DNA of 63,995 nucleotides, the filler included, from Dugesia japonica (lineage: Eukaryota): the NCBI GenBank assembly GCA_001938525.1. It is 5 parts of 5 records of this genome, joined end to end, with 100 filler letters (N's around TTAATTAATTAA, not from the genome) between each part and the next. Parts side by side here need not be neighbours in the genome. Positions count along the whole stretch, not along the records: positions 1 to 16,757 come from MQRL01513710.1; 4 more parts are not named here. One strand, written 5' to 3'. Made by a program: the position numbers and the translations under genes. This document shows, in pieces, positions 1 to 13,601 of this stretch. Below the pieces are notes generated by a model. That model had not been told where the DNA came from. It did no database searches and saw only the letters and a list, made by a program, of their open reading frames with translations. Every line of letters begins with the position of its first letter. Position 1 is the stretch's first letter.

Positions 1-1988
1 AAAATTCAATAAAATAAATTAATTCCAAAAAAATATTTCTATTTCAACAATAAATATTGAACAAATCAAAAAGTGAATTCCCGACAAATACCAAATCGAA
101 AATTCAAAGTACAATTAAAACAAAAAAAATATAAAAAAGAAAGACAATATTTTGATAGAAGCTTTCAATTCCTCAAGCTAGGATCCACAAATTGGTGGAT
201 TACTTTCCCGAGATACTTTGCCAACAACTTCGCGACCTTTTGTAAATCAGCTACTCCGAGATATCTCTCTTAACTAAATACGAAGATTAGGCATTCATTC
301 ATTCCCCCGATGGTGCATATGTTGGTGTAAAATACACAAAATCTTTACTTATTAATAGACTACAAAGTTCAACGCTCTAGTCTATTCTAAAATCAAAATA
401 CGGAACAAAAATCTGCGATTTCCGATGTTAATTTAAATAGTAAATTTTAAGTGTCCGCCACTAAAGAAATCCTAAAAAGTTTGACATGCATAAAAATTCT
501 ATTGAAAGCTCAAACTAAAAATTATATAACATTTCCATTTATAGAAACTTTGATAAAATTAATCTTCAACCTGAAATAAATAAATTTGATAAAATATTTA
601 TTTCACCAATTTCTGACCTACTTTTTTGCTGAATAAATTACTATGGAAATGACCTTATAATAGCGAATGAAAATTTCAGTAGAAATATTTTTTAGCGTCA
701 AATTTTCTTACTATTTCAAATGAAATTATCAATAAATTGTGAATGAATTTAAATGAAGTTCAATTTCAGATATATATTAGTTTTACTCATAGTGATAATA
801 TATTACGGATTGAGTAAATTTTATGGGAGAATAAATAATTCATCAGAATGTAAATATCGAAAGTATTCTTCTATCTCTGAAAATTCCGATAGAAAAATCA
901 ATTGCCGATTTACAGCTGGGCATGTGATATATTTTTCTAAATCCAATCAGACTGAATTTCAATATGACATTCTTGTGAGTTAATAATTTCTCATAATTAT
1001 TTATTTATTATTTATTTATTAATTTCGACGTATAATAAATTAAATAAAAAATAATTTAACTTTGATTAATTGACGGATACGTTAGAAAAAAGATTTCAAT
1101 AAATTCACACCCTTGAGTTTATTTATTTTATTATTTTCTTTACTTTAAAATGATAATCTTAGAAAGAAATAAAAGTTAGTGTTATAATATGAAAAGACTG
1201 AGAAATGACAACACGTTTTTTTTCTTACAAAGCTTTGTAATAAAAATTATGATAATATATTTATTAATTATATTATTTAAATAGTAATATATATTGAAAT
1301 CACATGTTGACATTTCCAAAAATAAGTGATTAATTAACTTATTAATGGTTTTGCTTAAATGAACATCAGAAATGCACAGATAATGATTTTTCTGTATGTT
1401 TTAATAATGAATAACAGAACCATATTGATAATTATTTTAATGTCTCAAAAATTGAATTCTCCAGAAAATTAATTTGTATTATTAGATATTTACTCTCATA
1501 CAGTTTCAGATCATTCTAGGTCTGTTCTATGACATAAGTTCACATGGATAAAAGCCCACATTTTTGCATTTATCCGACATTTTAATATTAATTTTGTCTT
1601 GTTTTGTAGGGTTGATTGAAATAGTGTTAATTGATGATTTCTTGTTTTTGTGATAAAGATGTTGAGNNNNNNNNNNNNNNNNNNNNNNNNNNNNNNNNNN
1701 NNNNNNNNNNNNNNNNNNNNNNNNNNNNNNNNNNNNNNNNNNNNNNNNNNNNNNNNNNNNNNNNNNNNNNNNNNNNNNNNNNNNNNNNNNNNNNNNNNNN
1801 NNNNNNNNNNNNNNNNNNNNNNNNNNNNNNNNNTAATAATAATAATAATAATATTTTATAATAACATTTTATAACTAATATGTATTTCATGATTGCGTAG
1901 TTTTTTAATATTCAAAATAATTTCATTTTTATTAAATAAACATAAATAACTCACAAATTTCTATTAAATTTTAATAAAGTGTCTACTC

Positions 1989-2320
1989 CATGGGTGGCCA
2001 AAACGAGACCCGTTGGCGCATTCAGCTTGCCTTGAACATTTTTCAGGCCAGCGAGATAAACAGTTAAAGTAAATTACTAGTGTTATATATTTCTTTACAA
2101 TGTGCGTTTAATATCATTATTATTATATTATCCATGTTTACATGTAAGAATAATAGTAAAGACAATAATAACTCATTTTGTTACAATTTTTAACTCTAAA
2201 AGAAATGTCTATAGATTTAGACTCTAAATTTAATGTGTGATTACAATTTTATATGCGGCCCGCGGAGTTATGATACATATCCAAAGTGACATTTAAGATC
2301 ATTTGGGTTGGTCACCCATG
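1989..2320. mobile_element. hAT-type MITE
   Basis: TIRs CATGGGTGGCCAA / TTGGTCACCCATG (12/13 match); perfect 8-bp TSD GTCTACTC at 1981-1988 and 2321-2328. Confidence 0.9.
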
Positions 2321-2482
2321 GTCTACTCATTAAATGTCATCCAATCCAGATATTCTTATAATAATTTTTAAATATGAAATATTTAAATACATTAATTCCA
2401 TTTTTAGTAATATTTTTATACATATTCTTTAAAATAGCAATTTTTCTGGGTATCCCTATATATTTGATATTTGATAAAGTTA

Positions 2483-2584
2483 ATATTATTATTATTATNN
2501 NNNNNNNNNNNNNNNNNNNNNNNNNNNNNNNNNNNNNNNNNNNNNNNNNNNNNNNNNNNNNNNNNNNNNNNNNNNNNNNNNNNN

Positions 2585-2641
<57 letters not shown>
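2483..2641. repeat. (ATT)n microsatellite spanning a gap
   Basis: ATT tracts on both sides of an N gap; similar tracts at 1834-1852 and 54913-54973. Confidence 0.9.
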
Positions 2642-3829
2642 GTCTGATAAATACAAAAATGTGGGGTTTTATTAGGTGGGGTTTCTAAATATAAATATAT
2701 AAATCAAGTAAAATATTTTACAAGAAACTCAATCGATACAAGATTTTGATCCGAATTTATTATTAAAAACAAACGAAATTTATCTAGCAGTAAATATACT
2801 GAATTTAGGTGAAATTATTATTTAATGAAAGTTTAAGAAATAGCTCGAGAATTAAATACAAGTATATGATTCCTCAAGACAACTTTAAGAGAACTTAGAT
2901 TAAGAAAACTACCTAAAACACACAAATACAAATATATTTAATAAAAAAGAAAATAAATCTCTGACCGATCAATATGAAAAAAAGAGATTTTCTGAAAGAG
3001 AGGAGGAATTCGTTTTAATAAAAAATCAACAAAAATCAAACTTTTAGTGAAACTAGAAACCAGTTACATAAAAAAAACATTAAGGTTCATAAAAGGGATA
3101 TAAAATCGTCACAAAAAGATGTACCATTCTCGCAAAAACACATTATAAAAAAGACAACAAGAGAGGACACTGAAGATGATAAAATTAGAACATTGAAATA
3201 AAAACATTAATGATGCAAACAATTAAGTAAAATAAAGAATGATGTATAAAATTCCTTTAGACATTCGAAAAGTAAAAAGTGAAAGATTGTTTTGAACTTG
3301 TTTAAAATCCAAAATTTCTAAAACGAATTTCAAAAACAAAATCTATAAATGATTTAAATCTATAATCAAAAGAACAAAAAATTGTATTAGAAAATATTTA
3401 CCCAAAACTAAAATTATATGAAGAAGTAATAACGGACAAGAACAGTAAGAAAAAATGAAGATAAAAGAGAACACAAACCTCAAATACAACCGAGAATTTA
3501 AGAATTATTTTACCAATAATAAAATCATTGATGAAGCAATTAACAACAATGAACGTCTATTAAGATTTGAAATCGAAACCAAGAAATCTGATAATTTTCT
3601 TAATGTTTCATATTTTGGTTTAAAAACATAATTTTTGTTTAACTACTAATTTTACTGGAAATTTTTAAAATGAACAAGGAACCTTCGTATAATGTTCTGT
3701 GGCTAAATAATTATTGGTAGGATCATGTCAAATTATTGAATTAGTAATATTCTAGAATAGGAATATAAAATAAAATACTAATTATTCAATAAAATTTCAT
3801 TATACATTTTATTATTTTATGTTTAATTA

Positions 3830-3995
3830 TTCACTTTTTAAAAATTTTTAATCATCGATCTGTGAATTAAAAAATTTTCAAAATTACGAAAATAAACTAA
3901 GCTCAGATCAAAAAAATTGTTTGCTTAAAAGTTTTTATTAAAGTTAAAAACATTTTTTCAAAAAAATAACGTTTTGATTTTTCCTCAAATTTTCC
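3830..3995 (+). repeat. Dispersed repeat, second copy at ~58066-58250
   Basis: Shared TTCACTTTTTAAAAATTTTTAATCAT(C/T)GATCTGTGAATTAAAAAATT...TTTTCAAAATTACGAAA...AGATCAAAA. Confidence 0.7.
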
Positions 3996-4529
3996 ATTTG
4001 ATGATAATAATAAAGTTGATAATAATTTTACATGATTAGACGAACAATTTTTCGTTCTAAATAAATTCAAGTGTAATTTTTCTTTCATTAATATTTATTT
4101 GTTTTAATTTTGTTTAAATTTTGTTTTAATTTATTCAAATGACTTATAGGATTATTAAAATTATTCTTATTCGAAAAATTGATTACATTTTGGTATTGAC
4201 TTGAATAGAATCAATACTTATTTCAGTGTTTCCTAAAGTGTGTTCCTTTGCACACATAAAATATTATATTGTATCATAATTATATCATAAAACTTTTTAA
4301 TTAAATTCATTAAATTTATTTGTTACATTAATTACATTCATTAAAATGTCATTAAACTGTTGTTTTAATAATGAAACTTTAGTTACTATAGTTTCATTAA
4401 ATCTTGATGCAATTTAAATGTTTAAATAACAATAAAAATATAAAATAAAATCATATTTTTGTCGTTATTTAATAATCTAATATAAGGTGGCTTTTAATTA
4501 TTAATTATATTTAATAATTATATTAATTA

Positions 4530-5150
4530 TAAAAACTCGCGACAATTTTCAGTATCATTCTCAAATCTCCGAATTCAACTATTTGCAGACTATTTTTTTC
4601 GATAAAAGATTTGTGACAGCACTGTATCCACGTGTTTCTAAGTATGATGAATAAAAAGAAAACAAATATTTTCTTGTAACAGACCACAGACCAAGATAAA
4701 GTGGTAACTGCTTTTGCAACCAAAACTTTTGATATCCGAGTTTCAGCTGAAATTTTAATTCTGAATTATTAAACTATTCTATTAATGATTCTTCCAAATA
4801 TTTATTTGTATCATTACTATTTCAAAATGGGTCAAATATCCAATCGGGAATACTTATTGTAAGGATATCTTTAAACCTATTGTTAAAATCTACACATAAA
4901 AACTGTAAATATTAACAATAAATCATAATGCCATCATCATATTTTTCTACTAATGAGACATTCGGAGAGTATTAAAATTCTGTGTTCTAGATTTTATTTG
5001 TATAATACTAGTTTTGCCACAAATGAAGAAATTACAGCCTTTGTTTTAATTAAATTCAAGTCATCTCCTTTTAATTGTATATTACAATCATTAAACTTAT
5101 TATTTATCTGTTAAATATGCCACATCACACTTATATTTCTTTGGTTTTCT
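4530..5150 (-). pseudogene. hAT (Buster/Charlie-like) transposase C-terminal remnant
   Basis: Decayed translation QLKGDDLNLIKTKAVISSF...DFNNRFKDILTISIPDWIFDPF...GYQKFWLQK...SSYLETRGYSAVTNLL...GDLRMIL resembles the hAT dimerisation region. Confidence 0.75.
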
Positions 5151-5279
5151 CGTGCAGTATTCGTACTTTCTAAAAATTGAATCACAGAGTCAGAGAATAT
5201 AAAACCGATTTAAACACGAAAGTAGGTAGATAGATCGGCATGACATCACTAAATCGATTGTTCAATTTTCCTGCAATCT

Positions 5280-5890
5280 TATTGGTCCATTTCATTTGAC
5301 CTTGAATTTTGATTGCTTGAAAATAATTTTGTCTATCCAAACCCTGCTCTCGCGAAAATAGATGACAGTGTTATGAATTATTGTGGATTTATTGATTACT
5401 GATTTTTAATCAAATCTAATTTTTGATCGGATCAAATTAAAAAATATTTTTTGTTTTAATTCATGGGAGAAGTAAAAATTGTTGCGTAATCTTTAATAAA
5501 ATTATGGTAGTAATTTGTCAATCCAAAGAAGGTTCGAATTTGGATTGCACATTTTGGAATAACATCCTCTTTTACTTTATTAATAATGTTATCATTTGTT
5601 GACACCTTTGGAACTGAATGTACAAAGAAACTAAATATACAATTTTCAGGATTAATTTGGAGACCAGAATGCTCAATTAGTTCCAACACATTTTGTCAAT
5701 GTTTATCATGAATTTCTTGTGTCTGATCAACAATTAAAATGTCATTATGATAAACTAGCACTCCTGTAAATAACATCTTGCTGAAAATTTTATGCATTAA
5801 TTCTTGAAATGTCGCAGGAGCGATGCATAGTCTGAACAATATGCGATTGAAACAAAATTGTCCCATTTTTGTGCTGAAAACTGTTTTTAA
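5280..5890 (-). pseudogene. Ty3/Gypsy reverse transcriptase fragment
   Basis: IAPATFQELMHKIF...GLQINPENC...IPKCAIQIRTFFGLTNYYHNFIKDYA; homologous to the 17874-18293 ORF. Confidence 0.8.
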
Positions 5891-5959
5891 TTATTTAAAT
5901 GCTTTTGGTTTTTGTTTCAATCACCATAAGTTCATTGAATTTTCAGATGATGCATCCTG

Positions 5960-6270
5960 TATGATTATAACTATCGATTATTTTCGGTAATACATGAATC
6001 TTTTATTTCTAGTATGTATAAAGTACTTTTTCAATTCATCTCTCAATCTTTGATTAAATCTTTCAACATATGTTGCTTGGTTTTGTGAAAATTCAGAATA
6101 ATAGTTAATTTTTAGATGATTAATAATATTCTTGACTTTTGAATTATAGAATTATTTTTCTAAATCAGTTTATATCTGGATGACAATCTTGAAACATTGA
6201 CTTGGTTGTAGTTTGCATTTCATTAGAAGATTTAGTTTTGACTNGAATAGGTCTTGCAAATCTGCAAAAT
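5960..6270 (-). pseudogene. Maverick/Polinton-type integrase fragment
   Basis: VKTKSSNEM...FYNSKVKNIINHLKINYYSEFSQNQATYVERFNQRLRDELKKYFIHT...VLPKIIDSYNHT; related to copies at 21.8-22.7 kb and 56.6-57.0 kb. Confidence 0.7.
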
Positions 6271-6284
6271 AAATCGATACATAT

Positions 6285-9200
6285 TATAAGATATATATTA
6301 AATTTAAAATAAGATATATTTAAATTTTTTATTATTGAGAACGGAATTTATTAAAATCAAAGTATTTTTAAAATTGTATAAATTAAAGATTTTTATTTTA
6401 AGGTATTTTTTTAAAAATTAAATATATTTTAAAAGAATAAAATATATCTATTTTAGTGTAATTTTTTAAAATTTGTTTGTTTAAAAAATTTATGATGTTA
6501 TAGTTTTTATTTTTTAAGCGTTTTAATGAATTCAAATTTTGATATTGATGATACGATGAGTTTTCCAAACTAAACTAACATAGTGTGCAGCGATAAACAT
6601 CGATGCAATCACAGAAAGATTGTTGCCAAAATGTTTTTGCAGAGGTGTGGATCTAGAGAAGTTTGTCAAACGGTGTGATATCTACTTTGAAGCAAAGAAC
6701 ATGGTTGTTAAGAAAGATCAGGAACGTTGGGTAACATGTATGCTTCATGAAGATTTAATGGAAGCATATGTAAAGACATTGAAGAAAGNNNNNNNNNNNN
6801 NNGAGAGATTGCGATTAGCTTTTGAGAGCAAGAGAGACATAATAAAAGATTTACAGAATCTTGTAAGCTATCAACGTAATGATGAAAATCTTGAAGTGTA
6901 TTTTAAAAAAGTGGAAGATTTGATCGATAAAACTTTAGCAAATGGAGAGTTGACGAAAGAAAAACTCTTATCAAAAATGCTAATAATTTGTGCAAGTAGT
7001 AAAAAAGCAGAAGAAGAAATTATCATGCAAAAATTAGAAAAAGTAGAAGATATAAAAGAAACGTTATCATTAGTTGAAAAAATACAAAGAAGAGAACCTA
7101 TTAGCGTAGTAAAGAGTTACGCTGGTGTAACACGTCGAGAACGTTTTAAAGAAAGGAGACAAAATATTGAGGGAGTTACAAAAAGAACAGAACCACAGTG
7201 TTGGACATGCCAGAGTTATGGGCATACAAAAAGAGTGTCCGAAAAATTCTCATCTGGAATGTTGGACTTGTCACAAAAAAAGACATTTAAGTAGAAATTG
7301 CCCAGAAAAGAAACCACCAAAATGTTTTGTTTGAAGTAAGATTGGTCATATCAAAATGATGTGCACAGAAATTGTATGTGTTAGATGTAAAAGACTGGGA
7401 CACAGAGCAGAAGAATGTTATTCGAACATTAATAAACCTAGACTAGAAGAGAGAAAATACAATTTTAAAAGCGGACAACAAACAAAAGATTAGAGTTGGA
7501 CCAAACCAATTCATGCCCTTCAAGAAGAATTTGATGACAAGAATGAAGAGAGATTTTCTGAGAGCATAATAAAAAATAAAGATCCAAGAGGAGAATACCC
7601 AAAAGGCAGGGTTCCATCAGTAGAGGAGTTGATCGGAGCCATCAATTAAATGAGATACTGTTAAAACATGCTCAAGAGGCCGAGAAATAAGATGAGACGA
7701 GTAAAGTGGGAGAAAAGGTTTATAGATTCCTTAAAAGAGAAAGTTTCAATGATGCGTAAGTTATCAAAGCAGAACTGATATGAATAATTGAAGAGAAACA
7801 GAATGCAGAAATTTCTTATGATAAAATGCAAGGGAGACCCAGCATTTCAGTGATGATAAATGGTGAACAGTTTGATTGTTTCTTAGATACAGGAGCAAGA
7901 ATAAATGTGATGAGCATGAAAGGATTTAATAGAATCGGAGAAACAGTGTTATAGAAATGCGAGGAACGGTTACATTGAGCGAATAACAGCTCATTGGAGA
8001 CAATTAAAAAAGATACGTGTCGAAGTTGTAGTTTCAGAGGTGTGCAAGGAAGTAAAATTTATAATAGTAGAGAAATTAATANCAGGTCTAATTGGTGGAG
8101 TGGAATTTCAGAATACTTTTGGGTACTATCTGCAAAACAATTGCAGGGTAGACATCAATAATCATCGAGAAAAATTTATTTTGCAACATTGAGACAAAAT
8201 TTGGAAGATAAAAACAGACGGGTGAACGATTGAGACATCGATATTCTAGAAATTAACAAAGATCATAAATTGACTGCGATTATTAAAAATAATGAGAATG
8301 TATTTATGGCGGATAAATGGGACATTGGATGTACACACTTAACGAAGCATCGAATAATCAGTAAATGAGGTCCAATCAACATAAAATCGTATCGCCAACC
8401 AATGAATCTAGAGAAAAAGATTGAAGACGCCATCAAGAATCTATATGATATTGGTATCATCCGGAAGTGTAATTCGCAATGGAATACGCCATTAATCTGT
8501 TTTTGGAAAAAGGAAAAAAAGAATATACGATTATGTATAAGAGGTCAGAAAAAATATGTTCTCGGTATAATAGATCAATGCAGTAAGTAAGTATCCGTGA
8601 CAGCAATGATAAGATAAGATAAAGATACCATACGGAAAGCAATATTTGAGAAGTGAATATTAAAGTTCGGGTGTCCGATAGAAATTCAAGTTGATTGTGA
8701 AAGAGCATTTGAATCCAAATTAATGACAAAAAAGAAAGCACATGGAATTGCCCTCAGGTTTTTGAGACCATATCCTCATAACACAAATAGGCAAATCGAG
8801 AGGCAGTTTAGAACTATGAGGGATATGATTAATGCAACGCTTAAAGAAAAGAAAACTTCAGATTGTGTAGATCTATTGCCAGAGATAAAATTTACTTTGA
8901 ATGCTACAAAACAGAAAACTATCGGGAAAAGCTCTGCTGAAATCGTATTTGGCAAGAGAATAAGCAGAGAAAATGGTATGAAACCAATACTTAAAGAGTG
9001 CACAAAGAACAAGAAGAAGAAATATTAACCAAAAGACAATTCGAGATCGGTGATGAGGTCTTAGTGACAGCTGAAACAAGAAACAAGAGCCAAGATCGTT
9101 ATGAAGGACCCTTTAAGATCAAGTGGAAGATTCATGACAGACGTCACATTCTGGAAGATACAAACGGAAAAAGTCTTGAAAGAAACTTAGAGAAGATCAA

Positions 9201-9800
9201 AATATTTTTTAAAAATGGGGATATGAGATAGTTTTTTTAAAAGAACAGATTTAAAATTTTTTATGTTTAAAAACGGAATTTAGTAAAATCAAAAGTATAT
9301 TTAAAATTACATCAAGAAAATAAACTATAAAACAAATTACTAAAATTTAGGGATTTTTTAAAATATAAAATGAAATGAAAAAAGATTTTTCTTTAATATA
9401 TTTTTTTAAAATCAAGTATATTTTAAATATAATAAAATATAAAATTAAATTTACATTGTAATGTATTTTTGTAAAAAAAATCAAATATATTTTAAGAATA
9501 AAATATAAAATTAAATTTCTATTGTAACGTATTTTTTTAAAATTAAATATAATTTAAAAAGAATAATATGAAATGAATAAAAAATGTTTATTTAATATAT
9601 TTTCTTTAAAAATCAAATAAAATTTAAATATAATAAAATGTAAAATTAAATATTTGATTTTTCCGTTTTTGAATATGATTTTTTAAATTTGTTTGTTTAA
9701 TTAACTAATGATGTCATAGTTTTTATTTGTTAATAAATTGTTGNNNNNNNNNNNNNNNNNNNNNNNNNNNNNNNNNNNNNTTTTCAAAACTCAACTAACA
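6285..9800 (+). mobile_element. Internally deleted Ty3/Gypsy LTR retrotransposon (family A)
   Basis: Related AT-rich LTRs 6285-6580 and 9222-9800, both ending ACTAACA; PBS-like TAGTGTGCAGCG at 6581; gag with CCHC-type knuckles; protease FLDTGARINVM (~7880); RT start (CNSQWNTPL) joined directly to integrase (RQIERQFRT, YEGPFKI); PPT AAAAATGGGGA before the 3' LTR; no matching TSD seen. Confidence 0.88.
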
Positions 9801-10574
9801 GTTAGCATTATAATTACACGAAATTATTTTTTCTGAGGTATGCCTTATTTTTAATAAAAAGCGGAAATAAGTATGTCAATGAAAAAGTATGATTTTGATT
9901 TTTTCGAGGAGCGAGTTTATGTGTAGGATTTTTAAAAATCACTTTTAAAGAGGTTTTAATATATAAACTTTTGTTTTATGTTTTCTTTTTATGTGATAAT
10001 AGATAAATTTTCTTTGAATTTTAAATTTTGTTTTGAATTTTTTAAAATTTTGTTTATTTTTAAAAAAATTGTGTGAAGTGGTATGGCGTGTGCTTATATG
10101 TGAATAGTGTAAATGTACATTTAAGTGCAATTGTTTTGATGATGGTGTGTGTGCAATGGTATCTTGAAAAAAAACCTTGACTCAAATGTTTTTGTGTGTG
10201 TTCACTTTGAGGTTTTAAAGATTGATTTGAAACTAGGTATTAATATTAGGTAGACGAAACATTTTTTCCTTAAGTGCCTTATTTTTATTAGAAAGAGGAA
10301 AGAAAAAGAAATATGAAAAAGTATGGTTTCGATTTTTCCGAGGTGTGGATGTCTGTGTATGAATTTTTAAAAATCAAGACGGAAGAGTGGTGAGATTCTT
10401 TTAGATAAATATTCGGACAGTCTTAATGCTTTCTGTCAGTTTGGACGTTTTGCCTTTGTTCGGACAGTCTTTGTGTATGTGTGTTGCATGGTTGATGCAA
10501 TCATATTGCAAAAGCTAGTTATATGTCATTTAATGCTCGGCGCAGTCTAAAAATCACCAGTCATATGATTTTAC

Positions 10575-10755
10575 TATGACATAACATTGTTGCAATTTTT
10601 GTAAAATTTGCTTGACATTATTCAGATTTTATAAAATTTACATAACATTGTTGCAATTATTTTATTACTTACATAACATGATTGAAATTTTTTTAAAATA
10701 TATATAACATGATTGAAATATTTGTAAACTTTACATAACATGATTTCAATTTTTA
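10575..10755. repeat. ~30-bp tandem repeat (ACATAACA(T/C)..TTG(C/A)AATTTT core)
   Basis: About six imperfect units visible. Confidence 0.7.
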
Positions 10756-12410
10756 TTTAAATATTTTTGATCCAATAAAAAATCTTCAAATTCACGATAA
10801 CTAGTAGGCCAATTTGTAGGCTATTTTATATTTTTTCGATAGGATGAAGGGGGGCTGCCCTAGTGCGCTCAGATTTACCTATTATTACAATAGCATTGTA
10901 AACTTCATTTCAAATTATATATTTACTTGTTAATAAAGTCTTATAAGGTATTTATTATCCTTTAAAGAAAGTTTCCACTTTTTATGAATTAATTTGAAAA
11001 ACGTTTCACATTTTATGATTTTTTAAATAGAAAATAAACAAAGGCTCTTAAGAAGAATGTACAATTAAGAATGTATAATTTAGATAAAACAATAAAATTT
11101 TGATAAAAATAAAATAATTTTGTAACCAAGATTTATTATCCAATTGAATCTATCAACAAGTCATCATATTCCTGAAGAAGATTATTGTCGAAAATTGGAA
11201 TTTCTTTACAAAAATACATTTTATTTTGATACAAGCTTTTTCTTTAATTTAATGAAATCTCAAATGCGATCAATGGTCAAGTCCAACAATTCTTCTCACA
11301 ATAGTTGTAATTATAAAATAATAACCTTATTTATTGTATTCTGATTGGCTACCTATAATATAAGTAAAATAAATTTATATGCATATAAAACTTACTAAAA
11401 GCTTAATAAGTGCTTATATTATAGAAAAAAGATAGAGAAAATAATACACAGCAAGCACACACATAAGTACACATATTTTTGTTAAGGATTAGATGAAAAA
11501 CTTATTAAACCTTTAAGTCTAAACATTTCAGAGATTTTTCGATTTAATTAAAAAAATTTGAAATTTAAAATAAATTAAAAATGTATAATTTAAGACTATT
11601 GTCGAAAATTTGAACTTTTTTACAAATGCATTTTATTTCAATCGAAGCTTTTTCTTTATTTTTATGAAATCTCAAATGCAATCAATGGTTAAGTCCAAAG
11701 ATTATTCTCACAATAATTGTAATTATAAAACTTTAACAGTCTAGTTAGTTAATAGTTTCCAATAAAAAATTTAAATTTATTTTTCATTATTACTTGAAAT
11801 ATCCTGAATTCCACAACCTTTTACATAAAGAATTATTTAAATTAAGCAAAGAAATATTATTCAGAATATATCGATTCTTCATTTACAAATGGAAACAAAT
11901 TTTGACGATAAATGTGTCAAAGTTTATCGGGGCTTTGAAAGAAGCATGAAAAAATGGAAAATATGTTTCTAGAGAAATCATAGAGGTTCTGAACGACACC
12001 TTAAAAACTATATATTCTACTTTATTACCTAGTGAAAAATTATTTTCTTTTTCAGGAAACGTAATTGCAAAAAGTAGGTCACCAGTGGATATTTTGTGTG
12101 TTTTGTTTTCTGATAAAGAACACCAAATTTACTTGTTCGCATTTTTTGGTTACTTCCGATTACAGAAAAGACCTTACCAACGTTTTTTTATATTGTGAAA
12201 CGATTATAACCAATTCAAAGAATCTATCATAATCCTATATAAAATGATATTTTTGTTTCCAATTTCATAGGTTTCGTGAGGTTCACAAAATTCCACAATA
12301 GCCAAAAGAAATAATTCTCACCCTTCAACTGCAATATTCAAACAACACATTAACCTGAGTATTTCGACATCTGATATTTTAGTAACAAATTATTCACCAT
12401 ACAAAAATGC

Positions 12411-12784
12411 GGTTATAGTACTTATGATCATAGGTCGTTTGGTCATAGGATAATTGATCATGACCATATGGTCTTACGGACTGTTGGTCATAAAGTCAAA
12501 CGGTCATAGAATGTTTGGTCACAGTACTGTTATTACGATATAAAAAATAATAAAATTAATTTAATTTAAAAGTAATTTTTTTAATTAATTAAAAAAATAA
12601 TTAAAAAATTATTAAAAAAATAATTTTTTTAAATTAAAAGTATCATTGAAAGTACTTTTATTTACAGTTTACAGTAACCAAACATAATTTGATCGTTTGT
12701 ATTTATGGTCAGCAGTCCGTATTACCATATGATCATGATCAATTGTTCTATGATCAAACATCCTATGACCATATGTCTGTACAA
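12411..12784. mobile_element. Foldback/Mutator-like MITE
   Basis: ~120-bp imperfect TIRs built from GGTCATA sub-repeats around an AT-rich core; 9-bp flanks CAAAAATGC / CAAAAAGGC (one mismatch). Confidence 0.7.
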
Positions 12785-12919
12785 CAAAAAGGCAAACATT
12801 TGACATTTATCTAAATATTTTTTTTATTCTAAATATTGATTCCAATAATTGAAACGTTTTCCATCAAGGATAAAAAACTAGTTTGCTAAAAATTCGGATT
12901 TTCTAAAGGTCCCAACCTT

Positions 12920-13140
12920 TATCAACCCATGATTTTCTACGATTGGAATTCTCAAAATAAATACATTATTCATTGCCAATCGTACTTCGATCCAAAAAAA
13001 ACTATTTTTCGAGCCGTTAAAACAATATCTGACTGATGACTTTTTGGTTTTGTCTATTTCCCTTTCTTTTGCATTTCTTCAGTTACTTTTACTTTGCTAA
13101 ACGTTTGCCATGTTCAATTTTACTGAAAGATAATTTTGAG
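12920..13140 (-). pseudogene. mariner transposase fragment
   Basis: RKIVFLDRSTIGNE*CIYFENSNRRKSWVDKG resembles mariner FLxRIVTGDEKWIYFxNxxRxKSW. Confidence 0.55.
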
Positions 13141-13601
13141 TTCAACAAGCATATTTTCTAGTACATATTTGCTATTAATTTAATCGTAAATTTTCTATTT
13201 ATTCTCAATATTTATCGTAAAATATTCATTATATTCGGTATNAAAGCCTGAAGCTGATTTTCAATACATTAAATTGGCTTAAAAATCGAATTTTAAAAAA
13301 GTATAAAGAGAAATTTTCGGGGTTATTTCAAGAAATAATATTAGAAGCGTGTCGACTTTATAAAGATGGATAAAAATAATTAAAACTATTTAAAATATGT
13401 GTTTATTTAATTTATTTCAAATAATATTTAACTCAACAATAAATATAATTTTATATTTTCAAGGCCTCAGTTTAATAAAGTCTTGAAATAATTATGGGAT
13501 CCGATAAAATCAAGTAGNGGGTCGTAGATTGGCCATGTCTGACTTATAGCAAATGTTTTGTTGTGATTAGATAATTTATTAAAGAATTTTTAATATTTCA
13601 G

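Noticed and set aside
1627-2688. ORFs with poly-L/N/I and X runs
   Set aside because: Produced by microsatellites and N gaps
9835-11735. Pairs of 110-140 bp direct repeats (9840/10275; 11185/11598)
   Set aside because: No termini, TSD or coding signal; probably old local duplications or TE fragments
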